Assembly (NCBI GenBank): GCA_965215005.1
Contig: CBDCCZ010000003.1
Coordinates: 64,001-128,000, forward strand
Reading direction: 5' to 3'
From: Kofleriaceae bacterium
Lineage (GTDB): Bacteria > Myxococcota_A > Polyangia > Haliangiales > Haliangiaceae
Length of the DNA stretch: 64,000 bases
Positions within the stretch are counted from its first letter, which is position 1. Every line of letters begins with the position of its first letter. Of this stretch, positions 1-10,500 are shown in pieces. The notes beneath the pieces are model-generated. The model saw only the letters and a list, made by a program, of their open reading frames with translations, had not been told where the DNA came from and made no database searches. The position numbers and the translations under genes are program-made.

Positions 1-1680
1 TCCCTTGTCGCGTGCGCGGAGGAGACGGCGATTCCTATCGAAGACGTCGGTGATGCCCCGGCTGGCGTGATGCTGGCTCCGCTCCAGCGCCGCGACGCGG
101 TAGCGGCCGAGTGGCAGTTCCGCGACGGCAGCGCCGCAGCTGGGGCCGCGGTTGCGCATATGCCGGCGGCGCCGGCCACACCGATCGTGCGCGCGGTGCT
201 CGCGGGCGTCGCGGCCGGCGACATCGACGACGACGGCGACCTCGATATCTTCGCCATTGGCGGCTCGGCGCCCGATCAGCTGCTCCTCAACCGGGGCGAT
301 GGCACCTTCGAAGCCATCGACGCCAGCGAGCGCGGCATTGCGCCTGCGGAGCCGCACCCGGCATATGGCAGCGCCAGCGGCGCGCCGCTCCTGGCCGATC
401 TGGATGGCGACGGCACGCTCGATCTATTCGTGGGCGGCAGCAGCCACGAAAGCGACGCCCTGCTCGCCGGCCGCGTCTATCTCGGCCGCGGCGACGGCAC
501 GTTTGTGCAAGCCGAAAGCGGCATCGCGCCCGAGCTACGCGCGCCGACCCTGTCGGTCTCCGCCGCCGACTACGATCTCGATGGCGATCTCGATTTGCTC
601 ACTAGCCACTGGACCGCGCAAAATGGCGTGCAGCTTTGGCAGAACTCGCGCGGCAATTTCGTGGCGGCGCGGCAGCGTGCCGGGCTCGATCGAGAATGGG
701 CCGGAGCCCTCAGCGGCGCCCTGTCGGCCAACTTCGTCGATCTGGGCGACGACGGCTTCCCCGAGCTGTTGGCGGCGATCGACTTCCGCGAGAGCGTCTC
801 GTACGCGAATGACGCCGGCCAGCTCAGTTTCATCGCCGAGAACTATCTCGACGACTTCAACGGCATGGGCAGCGCCTTCGGCGACTTCGACGGCGACTTG
901 CGCATCGACTGGTTCGTCAGCGCCATCGATGAGCAGGATGCCTGCACGGCCTGTCCCATCCAAGGCACCGGCAATCGCCTGTATCGCAATCTCGGCGGTG
1001 ACCGTTTGATGGACATGAGCCAGGCCAGCCCGGTTCGCAGCGGCGACTGGGGCTGGGCGGCCTGCGCCGCGGATCTCGATCTCGACGGCGATCTCGACTT
1101 GGTGCACACCAACGGCATGATCGCCTACGACAGCACCACTGCTGAGCGGGTGGCACCGTTTGCCCAGGATGCGTTGCGCGTGTTTCTCAATGACGGCGCC
1201 GGCGGGTTCGTCCGCCGCGACGTCGAGCTCGGCATCGATGATCGCGATCAGGGACGCGGGCTTTTGTGCGCGGACTTCGATCGCGATGGCGACCTCGACG
1301 TATTCGTCCACAATCACGGGCAGCCGAGCCGCTTCTGGCGGAACGAGCTGAGCAGCGGCCACGCCGTCACAATCGAGCTGCGCGATGACGATCCCAACAC
1401 GCGGGCGATCGGCGCGCGTATCTGGCTCCGCACCGGCGACCGATGGCAGGTCGGCGACGTCACCGCCTCCACCAACTACGCCAGCCAAGGCCCCGCCGAG
1501 GTGCACTTCGGGGTCGGCGCGGCAGCGCGCATCGACGAGCTCTGGATCCGCTGGCCCGACGTCGAGCGCTCGGTCACCGCACTTCATAACCTACCGGTCG
1601 ATCAACTCGTGCACGTCGATGGAGCCGTCGTATCGCGCATAGCGGGCGGCAAGGTGCCCGATGCCGCCGCGCGCGAGTAG
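1..1680 (+). CDS. CRTAC1-family FG-GAP repeat / ASPIC-UnbV lipoprotein (5' partial)
   Basis: Repeated DxDxDGDLD FG-GAP motifs; C-terminal ASPIC/UnbV signature (N.RAIGARI, YASQ, VHFGVG, IRWP). The frame is open from base 1 and reads SLVAC, a lipobox-like sequence, so the start lies upstream of the window. Confidence 0.85.
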   Translation, partial: SLVACAEETAIPIEDVGDAPAGVMLAPLQRRDAVAAEWQFRDGSAAAGAAVAHMPAAPATPIVRAVLAGVAAGDIDDDGDLDIFAIGGSAPDQLLLNRGDGTFEAIDASERGIAPAEPHPAYGSASGAPLLADLDGDGTLDLFVGGSSHESDALLAGRVYLGRGDGTFVQAESGIAPELRAPTLSVSAADYDLDGDLDLLTSHWTAQNGVQLWQNSRGNFVAARQRAGLDREWAGALSGALSANFVDLGDDGFPELLAAIDFRESVSYANDAGQLSFIAENYLDDFNGMGSAFGDFDGDLRIDWFVSAIDEQDACTACPIQGTGNRLYRNLGGDRLMDMSQASPVRSGDWGWAACAADLDLDGDLDLVHTNGMIAYDSTTAERVAPFAQDALRVFLNDGAGGFVRRDVELGIDDRDQGRGLLCADFDRDGDLDVFVHNHGQPSRFWRNELSSGHAVTIELRDDDPNTRAIGARIWLRTGDRWQVGDVTASTNYASQGPAEVHFGVGAAARIDELWIRWPDVERSVTALHNLPVDQLVHVDGAVVSRIAGGKVPDAAARE

Positions 1681-1724
1681 GCCGCTGTCGTACCAGAGGA
1701 ACGCCCGCGCCGAGGGCGATCGCG

Positions 1725-2972
1725 ATGCGCGATTCCATCTATGATCATCGGATGGGGGCGCAGCGAACCAACCGTGCGCGCTGCAGCGGCGCGCATACTC
1801 AATCGATCGCGTTACTGGTGTGCGCAGCGGCGGCTTGTCACGGCAGCGACGCCGCCACGCCGCTCGCCGACGCGGGCCTGCCCGATGCGCTTGCACCGGT
1901 AGACGCGACCGGCGATGACGACGCGGCAACAGAGGCTTGCAGCGATGCATGGCAGCGCGCTGCCGAGGTCACGCTCGATGCGACCGGCCGCAGCGACGTG
2001 GTGGAGATTTCCTTGCCACGACCAGTCACCGCTGTGCAGCTTCGGCTAACAGCCATCGGCGCTAACTCATCAAAAGCCTGCTACGGCATCGAAGAGGTTT
2101 GGATCGATGGTGTCGAATATGTGGGCGCCGGAGCCGATGGCGCGCAAGACGTTTGCATCGACTGCACGCAGCCGGTCCGTTTGCATCCCGAGGCAGGGTA
2201 TTTCGTGCTGCCGAGCGGCGATCCGATCCCGCCGTTTTCACTCGTGCGGCTGCGTGTTGCCCTCCGCGAATGCGACACTCTGCTGCGTCCCTCGGCCTCG
2301 TTTCCGCTACCAGCGCCGAACCAGGTGCGTATCGAGTACGCTGCCCTCCATGAGCCCGCCACCGACGCAACGCTCTTGCTCGAGGTGGTTCCGATCGTCA
2401 CCGCGCGCGCGCTCCTCGAGTTAACGCCGAGTGAGCGCGCCGCCTGGCTCGATACCGTGCAGAAGACAGTGGACGAGGTGTTTGCAAACGCGCGGATCGA
2501 GCTCGCGTGGCAGCCCGCGGTCTTCGGTGCCAGCAGCGAACGTCTGGCGTGGGCCCCGACCGAACGCGCGGCGCTTACCGCACCTTTGGCTGTGTTACCG
2601 GCCCAGTCGCGCACCGTGCCTATCGTGTTCGCGCCGTGCCTCGAGCGCGCCACTCTCACCGGAGTAGCCCGCCCCGAAGGCTTCGCGCCCCATGTGCCTG
2701 GATCTTGTTCCGCGGCGTCAGCGGCGGTTTACGTCGCCAGCCAGCGCTGCGGCGGCGGCCTGAGCTCCCCCGAGCTTGCCGGCGTCGTAACGGCTCATGA
2801 GCTGGGCCACTACCTCGGACTGCTGCACGTCGATGAGTCCACACCGTTTCCGACCGACCGCGAGCCGCGCGCGCCAAACCTCATGTCTGCTACCGCCTCC
2901 GGCCAAACCACGCTCACAGACGATCAAATCGCTGCGCTGCGACGGCATCCGCTACTGCGCGAAGAGCCGTAG
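1725..2972 (+). CDS. Putative lipoprotein with C-terminal metzincin zinc metalloprotease domain
   Basis: HELGHYLGLLH (HExxHxxGxxH) followed by NLMS Met-turn; LLVCAAAAC signal/lipobox. Start uncertain. Confidence 0.7.
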   Translation: MRDSIYDHRMGAQRTNRARCSGAHTQSIALLVCAAAACHGSDAATPLADAGLPDALAPVDATGDDDAATEACSDAWQRAAEVTLDATGRSDVVEISLPRPVTAVQLRLTAIGANSSKACYGIEEVWIDGVEYVGAGADGAQDVCIDCTQPVRLHPEAGYFVLPSGDPIPPFSLVRLRVALRECDTLLRPSASFPLPAPNQVRIEYAALHEPATDATLLLEVVPIVTARALLELTPSERAAWLDTVQKTVDEVFANARIELAWQPAVFGASSERLAWAPTERAALTAPLAVLPAQSRTVPIVFAPCLERATLTGVARPEGFAPHVPGSCSAASAAVYVASQRCGGGLSSPELAGVVTAHELGHYLGLLHVDESTPFPTDREPRAPNLMSATASGQTTLTDDQIAALRRHPLLREEP

Positions 2973-2991
2973 GGCGATAGGGACTCGGTAG

Positions 2992-3024
2992 AAAAAAAGG
3001 CCCACCGAAGTCGGTGGGCCTTTT
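2992..3024. terminator. Bidirectional intrinsic terminator between convergent genes
   Basis: A7-GGCCCACCGA-AG-TCGGTGGGCC-T4 perfect stem with A and T tracts on either side. Confidence 0.85.
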
Positions 3025-3042
3025 GCTAGCTATGAGTACACA

Positions 3043-4824
3043 CTAGAGTGTTTTCAGGTACTCGATGACAGCCATACGCTGGCCATCGGACAATTGCGTA
3101 CCCCAGTAGTGGCCGCCATTGCCGTTGCCAACCAAGGTGGTATCGAGAAGGACAGATTCGGCTTTCTTCTCGGTCGAGAAGCCAACCTTCACCGGGTCGA
3201 ACTTATGACTACCAACGTAGAACTGCTTGGTGCGCTGGTCGGGCGGCAAGAGAAGCTCGTAAAGCGACGGCACCGAGCCATTATGCAGGTACGGAGCGGT
3301 GAAGACGACGCCGTTGAGCGGACGAGCTTTGTAGGTCACGAGCTGCGCCGATGACGGCGTGAGCGACTCGCGGAAACCCAGGTATGCGAGCTTCTGCATC
3401 GTGTCGAGGCCGTTCTCGGCGAAGAACCGCTGGATGATGAGGCTGCCCGAGATGTTGAGCAGAGCGGCCGCCGGCGCCTTGCCCTCGGCGTTGATGAGGC
3501 CTTTGGCACGCACAATTGGCTCGAAGGGGCCGGGAAAAGCGGTTCGCATGGCGAATGAAACCGCCGCCGTCGGGTCGGTTCCCAGTAGCCCCTGGGGCGG
3601 AACTTCGCCATTTGGGCCCGGGAACAGCGGCGTGCTGAAGTCGACCTTGGCGAAGGTCAATCCAAACGCATTGGGTGCGGTGCGCGGTTGCGGGTCGAGC
3701 GTGTGACAGCTCGCGCACTCGCTTGCGTAGAGCTCCGCGCCCTGCGCGGCAAGGGTGACGTCGATTTCCCCAAGCAGCTCCTCGGGCCACGCCGGCGAGC
3801 GCAACGTCTTGAGCATCTCTTCGAGCGCACTGAGATTCTCGATATTGGCGCTCGACTCGACGATGAGACCATACGGATTCGTTAGATCGAGCTGATTCTC
3901 CGCAAACACGCCTGTGGCCTGGCCGACGTTGCGGCCAAGCGGACTGTGAACCGACGAGTTGTACTGAACCCACTCGAAGTCGGGCGTATCCCAAAGATGC
4001 GGGAACTGGGTTGGAGCCACCGCGGGAGTACAGTTGCGCGGGTCCTGAAACATCTCGCAAACGATCTCATTGCCGATGATGGTGAACGCATCCGTGCGGC
4101 TCGGCCCATGAGGAGAGAGGCCGCGGCTGCGCTCGATACGGGCCGCCCACCAGTCGCGAAGCGTCGTCATCTCGGCTACGAGAGCCTCGCGCGCAGCGGC
4201 GCCGGCTCCCGCATCCAGGATCTTGCCAGCAAATCGGTCAAGCTTCTTCGAATCGGCGAGCGTCGCAGCGAGTGAGCCGTGAATGGCCCGCTGCAGCTGC
4301 TCGAGGTCGGCCATCGATTGGCCGCCATCGATTCGAATCACGCGGCCTCCGTACTCGAGCTGGCCCGTGTGGCAGGTGGCGCAGGTGAGGCCGAGTGCGT
4401 CACCACGCACCACGTCGACGTCACGAGTCAAACCGATTGGCAGATGGTCGGGGTTGCTTGCAGCCGCTTCGGCTTCGGACACGAACCCCATTATTGCCAA
4501 GTTCTTCGGATCCCGAAGCGGATCCTTCTTATCTGCTTGCTCGAGGTGCAAGAACCACTTGTACGGCAGTAAACGCGAGCCCTGCGTGGTCTGGTAAAAC
4601 GCCGCTCGCGTGGCTGCGTCCCAGCCCTGCTCGAGGTAGGCCACGCCGTTGCCGCCCGGGCCGGCTGTCGTCGATGTGTCTACATCACCGGCACTGGCGT
4701 CTACGAAACAACCAGTTGCCGACAACGCGGCAGAGACCATTCCGGTCAATACAACTGGCCTGATAGTCAAACGTGCCACATGACTTACAGCTACCGATAT
4801 TGATGCTCGACGCTTTCGAACCAT
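3043..4824 (-). CDS. Di-heme c-type cytochrome, RoxA-like / di-heme peroxidase superfamily lipoprotein (copy 1)
   Basis: CATCH and CASCH heme motifs; YKARPLNG...APYLHNGSVPSLYELL; GNGNGGH and IEYLKTL C-terminus; lipobox ATGC; GGGAG RBS. Confidence 0.85.
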   Translation of the reverse strand: MVRKRRASISVAVSHVARLTIRPVVLTGMVSAALSATGCFVDASAGDVDTSTTAGPGGNGVAYLEQGWDAATRAAFYQTTQGSRLLPYKWFLHLEQADKKDPLRDPKNLAIMGFVSEAEAAASNPDHLPIGLTRDVDVVRGDALGLTCATCHTGQLEYGGRVIRIDGGQSMADLEQLQRAIHGSLAATLADSKKLDRFAGKILDAGAGAAAREALVAEMTTLRDWWAARIERSRGLSPHGPSRTDAFTIIGNEIVCEMFQDPRNCTPAVAPTQFPHLWDTPDFEWVQYNSSVHSPLGRNVGQATGVFAENQLDLTNPYGLIVESSANIENLSALEEMLKTLRSPAWPEELLGEIDVTLAAQGAELYASECASCHTLDPQPRTAPNAFGLTFAKVDFSTPLFPGPNGEVPPQGLLGTDPTAAVSFAMRTAFPGPFEPIVRAKGLINAEGKAPAAALLNISGSLIIQRFFAENGLDTMQKLAYLGFRESLTPSSAQLVTYKARPLNGVVFTAPYLHNGSVPSLYELLLPPDQRTKQFYVGSHKFDPVKVGFSTEKKAESVLLDTTLVGNGNGGHYWGTQLSDGQRMAVIEYLKTL

Positions 4825-5234
4825 TCAGGTGTCTCCCTATCAGCAACGCAGATTACGTCGCGTTTCGCGGGCGAGCCGCCCGTCTGTGCACATTGCCGAG
4901 ACAACGACAGGTCCGTCAACGGAGACTTTGCCGGCAAGAGGTCCAGTCTAGGTGGAAATCTATTAGACGAGCGTAATTAGCCAGTTGGCGGAGCGCAGAT
5001 TCGCTGATGTCGCCCCACGTGTGAGCAATTATGCTCATCCCGAAGGTTAGTCACCCCACAGACGTTACGCGCGCCGCAATAACGCACTTCGTTTGTCGTA
5101 AGCAATGACACAAATCATCGCGAAGCAAGGGTACAGCAGGGCCGTTTGTGCCGGTAGGTGAGTGGTTGCCACAGCTCGGTACCGCGGTTGCGTCCCGAAG
5201 CCACAGGTTCTCTGTAACGGGCAATCCGTTCGCC

Positions 5235-5265
5235 AAAAAAAAAGCCGCCGGATTGCTCCGGCGGC
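5235..5265 (-). terminator. Intrinsic terminator of di-heme copy 2
   Basis: GCCGCCGGA / GCAA loop / TCCGGCGGC stem followed by U9 on the minus strand, 30 nt after the stop. Confidence 0.85.
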
Positions 5266-5295
5266 CTCTTCGATCGAGTCGAAGGTGGGGAGAGA

Positions 5296-7089
5296 TTACA
5301 ACGTCTTCATGTACTCGATGACTGCCATGCGCTCGGCGTCGGAAAAGTCGGTACCCCAATAGTGGCCACCGTTGCCGTTGCCGACTTGGGTTGTATCGAA
5401 GAGCGCCGCGTTCTTCTTGTCTCTGGTGTCGAGACCGACGCGGACCGGGTCGAACTTCTTGCTACCAACGTAGAACTGCGCAGACCGCTGCTCGGGCGGC
5501 AGTAGCAGCTCGTACAGCGAGGGCACCGAGCCGTTGTGCAGGTAGGGAGCCGTGAAGACGGCGCCGTTCAGCGGTCGGGCCCTATAGGTGGTCAGCTGCA
5601 CCTGCGTCGGACGGAGCGGCTCGCGGAATCCGAGATACGCGATCTTCTCAGCGTCGGTGAGACCGTTCTCAGCAAAGAAGCGCTTGATGAGAAGCTGACC
5701 TGAGATGTTGATGAGCGCCGCTGCAGACGCCTTGCCATCCCCGCCGACGAGGCCCTGCGCTTGAGCAATGGCGGTAAACGGGCCTGGGAAGGCCTTGCGA
5801 GTCGCGAAGGAGACCGCGGCGGTCGGATCCGTGCCGAGGAGTCCCTGCGGAGAAACTTCGCCGTTCGGCCCCGGAAACAGCGGCGTGCTGAAGTTGGTCT
5901 TGGCGAAGGTCTTGCCGTACGCGTTGGGATCCGTGCGCGGCTGCGGGTCGAGCGTGTGGCAGCTGGCGCAGTTCTCCGCATACAGCGCCGCGCCCTGCGA
6001 GGCAAGCTGCTGATCGATGGCACCGAACAGCTCCTCGGGCCATGCCGGCGACTGAAGCGACTGCACCCAACCCTCGAGGGCGTCGAGGTTCTCGACGTTC
6101 GCGCTCGACTCGACGATCAAGCCGTAGGGATTGCTGAGGTCGAGCGTGTTCTGGGTGAACGTTCCGGTGGCCTGCCCCACGTTGCGGCCAATCGGGCTGT
6201 GCACCGAAGAATTGTACTGTACCCACTCGAAGTCGGACGTGTTCCAAAGGTAGGGGAACTGCGTCGGCGCAATGGCTGCTTGGCAGTTGCGCGGATCCTC
6301 GAAGAGAGCGCAAACGACTTCGTTGCCGATGATCGTGAACGCATCCGTACGACCGGGGCCATGAGGGCTCTGGCCGCGGCTGCGCTCTAGACGCGCCACC
6401 CACCAATCGCGCGCCTCATTAATCTCGACGAGAAGCTGGCTGCGCTCAGCGTTGCCGGCATTGCCCCCGAGGACGTTGTTTGCGAAGCGCTCGAACTTGC
6501 GACTGTCGTCCAACGTAGCCTGAAGAGACGCAAGAATGGCCTCTTGCAGTTGCTCGAGATCGGCAAGGCTCTGACCACCGTCAATGCGGACGGCGCGGCC
6601 CTTATACTCGAGCTCTCCGGTGTGGCAGCCCGCGCAGGTGAGGCCGATGTAATCGCCTCCGGCGAGATCGACGTCGCGCGCGAAGCCAACCGGTAAGCGG
6701 TCAGGGTTAGCCTCCGTGGCCTCGTCCTCGACTAGATAGCCCATCGCGCGGATGTTCTTTGGATCGCGCAATAGCTTTTTCTTATCGGCTTGCTCCAAGT
6801 GAAGAAACCACTTATAGGGGAGCATGCGCGAACCCTCAGACGTCTGATAGAACGCTGCTCGCGTTGCTGCGTCCCAGCCTTGCTCCAAATACACGACTTG
6901 CTTGCCGCCACGATCCCCTTTGGCAGCCGCGTTCTCCGTTAGAAAGCCGTCGTCCGAGGTGGACTCGGCCGCACAGCCCGTGAATGCGATGGCGGCCGCG
7001 GCCAGCCCAGAAACTGCGGCATGGCGCTTGAGACCACCCGCAAGGCCACCGACCGTGCGGGAGCCTACCACTCGACGCTCTTTGAACAT
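5296..7089 (-). CDS. Di-heme c-type cytochrome, RoxA-like lipoprotein (copy 2, paralogue of 3043-4824)
   Basis: CAGCH and CASCH; APYLHNGSVP; colinear with copy 1 over most of its length; AAGGAGG RBS before ATG 7089; lipobox FTGC. Confidence 0.85.
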   Translation of the reverse strand: MFKERRVVGSRTVGGLAGGLKRHAAVSGLAAAAIAFTGCAAESTSDDGFLTENAAAKGDRGGKQVVYLEQGWDAATRAAFYQTSEGSRMLPYKWFLHLEQADKKKLLRDPKNIRAMGYLVEDEATEANPDRLPVGFARDVDLAGGDYIGLTCAGCHTGELEYKGRAVRIDGGQSLADLEQLQEAILASLQATLDDSRKFERFANNVLGGNAGNAERSQLLVEINEARDWWVARLERSRGQSPHGPGRTDAFTIIGNEVVCALFEDPRNCQAAIAPTQFPYLWNTSDFEWVQYNSSVHSPIGRNVGQATGTFTQNTLDLSNPYGLIVESSANVENLDALEGWVQSLQSPAWPEELFGAIDQQLASQGAALYAENCASCHTLDPQPRTDPNAYGKTFAKTNFSTPLFPGPNGEVSPQGLLGTDPTAAVSFATRKAFPGPFTAIAQAQGLVGGDGKASAAALINISGQLLIKRFFAENGLTDAEKIAYLGFREPLRPTQVQLTTYRARPLNGAVFTAPYLHNGSVPSLYELLLPPEQRSAQFYVGSKKFDPVRVGLDTRDKKNAALFDTTQVGNGNGGHYWGTDFSDAERMAVIEYMKTL

Positions 7090-7401
7090 CCGAATCGCCT
7101 CCTTAGACAACAGCATCTCGTCGCCAATGGTTGTGCAACGTGCCGTCGCGAGGAGCACAATGAGGGGTTCGGTCTAGTTTCGTCAAGACGGCTGCCTGTG
7201 TGGCCAGTACCGTGAATTCGAAGGGATCCTCGCAACCCCTCTGGATGCCTCATGGTTCACAGGTTCGTCACCATTATGATTTGTTTATTCCGGCCAAAAT
7301 CGCCATGCAAACATCGTAGTTGTGCTCACCTACGTCACAGTCACGCCTGCACGAGCCCGCAGCGTCGACTCAAGTGGACCCGACGCCGCGGGATTCATGA
7401 C

Positions 7402-7447
7402 GCAGAAATCCGCCGCCCCGATGCGGGCAAGGGCGGCAGATTTCTGC
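7402..7447. repeat. 17-bp inverted repeat (intergenic hairpin)
   Basis: GCAGAAATCCGCCGCCC ... GGGCGGCAGATTTCTGC, one mismatch, 12-nt loop. Confidence 0.6.
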
Positions 7448-7480
7448 TGCTCAGGCGCCCCCTTTGGCGTCTCCCCAAGA

Positions 7481-7526
7481 GATCGTTGTTTTTCTAGTGG
7501 TTCACGACTTCGCCGTGAACCACTAG
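7481..7526 (-). repeat. CTAG-palindrome REP-like element, copy 1
   Basis: Minus strand CTAGTGGTTCACG-GCGAAGT-CGTGAACCACTAG-AAAAACAACGATC; matches 27026-27078 and 53878-53930. Confidence 0.85.
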
Positions 7527-10500
7527 CTCATCCGAAGGCGCGCTCGATCGGTGTCTGTAAACGCCGCCACCGCTGCTGCAGCGCCGAGCTCACGCGCCCA
7601 GGACAGGAACCGAGCCAACGTGTTCTCGGTTTCCTCACCGCAGTTGCCCTCGTGGCGATCGATCAGCACCCGGGCCCGCATGCCGTAGAAGGATGCCCAC
7701 GTGGCGCGAACATCGTCAGAGTAATCCTCGAGCTGCTGCAGATAACGGCGCGCCCGCGGCACGTCGTCGAGAGCAAGTGCTATGTCGATTCCTTCAGTGT
7801 AGACCGGTAGCACGTTGAACGCCGCCGGCAGGCGCAGTGCGTATGCCTCGCTGCGATCCAGCGCCCGTTGCCGCTCCGCGGGCTCCTCGCTCGTCCGGGC
7901 CAGCAGTAAATACGCGTCGGCGCCGCCGAGGAGGCCATGACCATCTTCGGCCATTCCGCATGCCTCAGTGATGACCTCGATAGCTTCGCCGAAGCGACCG
8001 GCGGCAACCAGCGCACGCGCCTTGGTCGCCAATGAGATACAGATCAACCGCGGCAAGCGCACCCGCCGGCTGGCCTCTAGCATGTTCAGCGTCACGGCCA
8101 GTGCCTCTTCATGAGCTCGAGGCTCACGAAGGTAGAGACTATAGATGTGGCCTGTGATCGCAATTTCCCGCGCCAAATCTTCGGCCTGCGCAAGCTCATA
8201 TGCAGTCCGAGCAACCTGCTCGCCACGCTGCCAATCGAGTAGAAAATAGCCGAGACCGGCGTCGACGGAGCTATTGATCACGAAAGCCGCGGCGTCGCCG
8301 AGCTGCTCCGCAAGCGTCTCGGCCGCCGAAAACTGCTCACGTGCAGCGGACAGCTCGCGAATCATCATTAGCGCGTCGCCAATGCCGCTCGTCGCCCGCA
8401 GCTCAGCCTGGCGGTCTCCCACGGCGATGGCCCACTGGCGCGCTCGCTCGTGGTGCGATCGACATCCCGCAGCATCTCCTCTGGCGAAAGCGGCGTTGCC
8501 TCGCAGATTGGCAACTCTTGCCAGCTCGCTCATGAGCTCCCAGCGCTCTGCGATCTGCTCCGCGGCATCTAAATGCGCGGCGATAAGCTGTGCATCTCCG
8601 CCGAACGCGCGGGCCATCGCGGCCAAACCGACGTAAATCTTCGCCCGCAGCTCATCGGAGGCTCGGTCGTCCCGATCCTGCAAAACCGCCAGCGCATCCT
8701 CGTAAATGGCTCTGGCGCGCTCGAACGCGAGCTGCCGCTCGGCCTCCGCGGCAAACTGCAGTGCATACTGCGCGGCGCGAAGAGAGTCGCCACCGGCGGT
8801 GAAATGATGCACCAGCGCCGCTGTCGGCGTATCCGGGTGCCCTTCCAACGCCAAGGCCAAGCGCAGGTGATGATCCTTGCGGCCCATGGGCTCGATTGCC
8901 TCGAGCAATGCGGCACGAATCGCAGCGTGCGCAGATTCGATGCTCATGCTGCTCGTGAGCGAGGAGGTAGCAACGACACCGGCAGCGCGGAGCTCGAGCG
9001 CCGCCCGTTCGCGATCTTCTGGCTCGAGCACCAGCGCAGCGCCCAGCACGACCACGGGCACCGGCTCACCGGCAACCACGACCATCTCCGCCATCCGCTG
9101 AGCGACACCGCCGAGGGCGCGCACGCGCTCGCGAACGGCTTCGTGAAGGTTCCAATCCGCGGCTCCGCCCGCCGCAGCCACATGAGCCGCAAGCTCGATC
9201 AGAAATAGCGGCGATCCCGCGGCAGAGGCCCAGGCACTATCATCCTGACGCGCGACCCCAAACTGCTCGACTAGACGCCGCTGCGACGCTACATCGAGCG
9301 GCCCAAGCTCCAGATGGACAGCGGAGCTCATCCGCGCATCCGTGGGCAGGGTGCGACTGAGCACCATGAGCAGAACCGGCGCGTCCATCGCCGAGAGCGC
9401 ATCGAGCAGCTGTGAGCTCGCCTCGTCTGACCATTGCCAATCATCGATGCACATCAGCAGTGGTCGCTTGCGCGCACACGCGGCGATGACTGCGATCAAG
9501 CGCTCTACCGCCACCGCCCGCGTATGCTCGGGCGACGCTGCCTCTATCAACTTGCGGGCTGGATCCAGTCGTCGAAACACCGGGAACAAATGGCCTACCC
9601 ACGCCGCAGCGTCGCCAATCAGCTCATCGCGGCTGTCGCCATGATGCGAGGCGATGTACAGCGTGAGCTCGTCCATCAGCCCATCAAAGCCATTGTAAGC
9701 CAGACTCTCCCGCTCGTGGCAACGGCCCATGAAGACGACTGGTGAGTTATCGACCCGCGAGAGTTTGTCTATTAGCTCGTGTAGAAAACGTGTCTTACCG
9801 ATACCAGCCTCGCCGCTCACGCGCACGAGAGTGGCTTGAGCCGACGCAGCGACGCTGCGATAACACTCCACGAGTTGCGCAAGCTCGCGCTCGCGACCGA
9901 CGAACTGCCGAGCTCGCCAGTTTTGTCGCGGTGGCGGCAGGTCGAAGGCCGTGAGGAGCTCACTGGCCTGCGGCCTGGCCGCAGGAGACGGGGCGAGCAA
10001 GCGATTGCACAACTCGACGAGGTCGGTCGGCAAGTTGGCCGTGAGCAGGTTTGGATCGATGGGCGTCAAGCCGCCGCACTTGGCCGATAGAATGCTCATC
10101 GTCGGCCCAACGTACGGAGCGGTGCCAGTGAGCGCAGCGTAAAGCAGCACACCTACCGCGTACCAATCGCTTGCCGGCTCGGGCGTGCCGCCCGCGGCTT
10201 GCTCCGGCGCCATATATGCGACCGTGCCGGCAGTGCGATCGTGCAGCCCGACTCGTCGCGCGCGGGGAAGCTCTGCGACCACGCCGAAATCCGTGATCAC
10301 AACGCGACCATCCCGCCGCACGAGAACATTCGACGACTTGATATCGCGATGGACGATATCGGCCTCGTGAAGTGCAGCGAGGCCACTGACGAGCTGGCGC
10401 ATGGCTTCGCGCAGCCGCTCGACGTCCACGACCTCATCGACCGTGGGACGCGTATCGGGAACCGCTGGCAGCGCGATTCGCGAAAGTAGCGTCACGGGAT

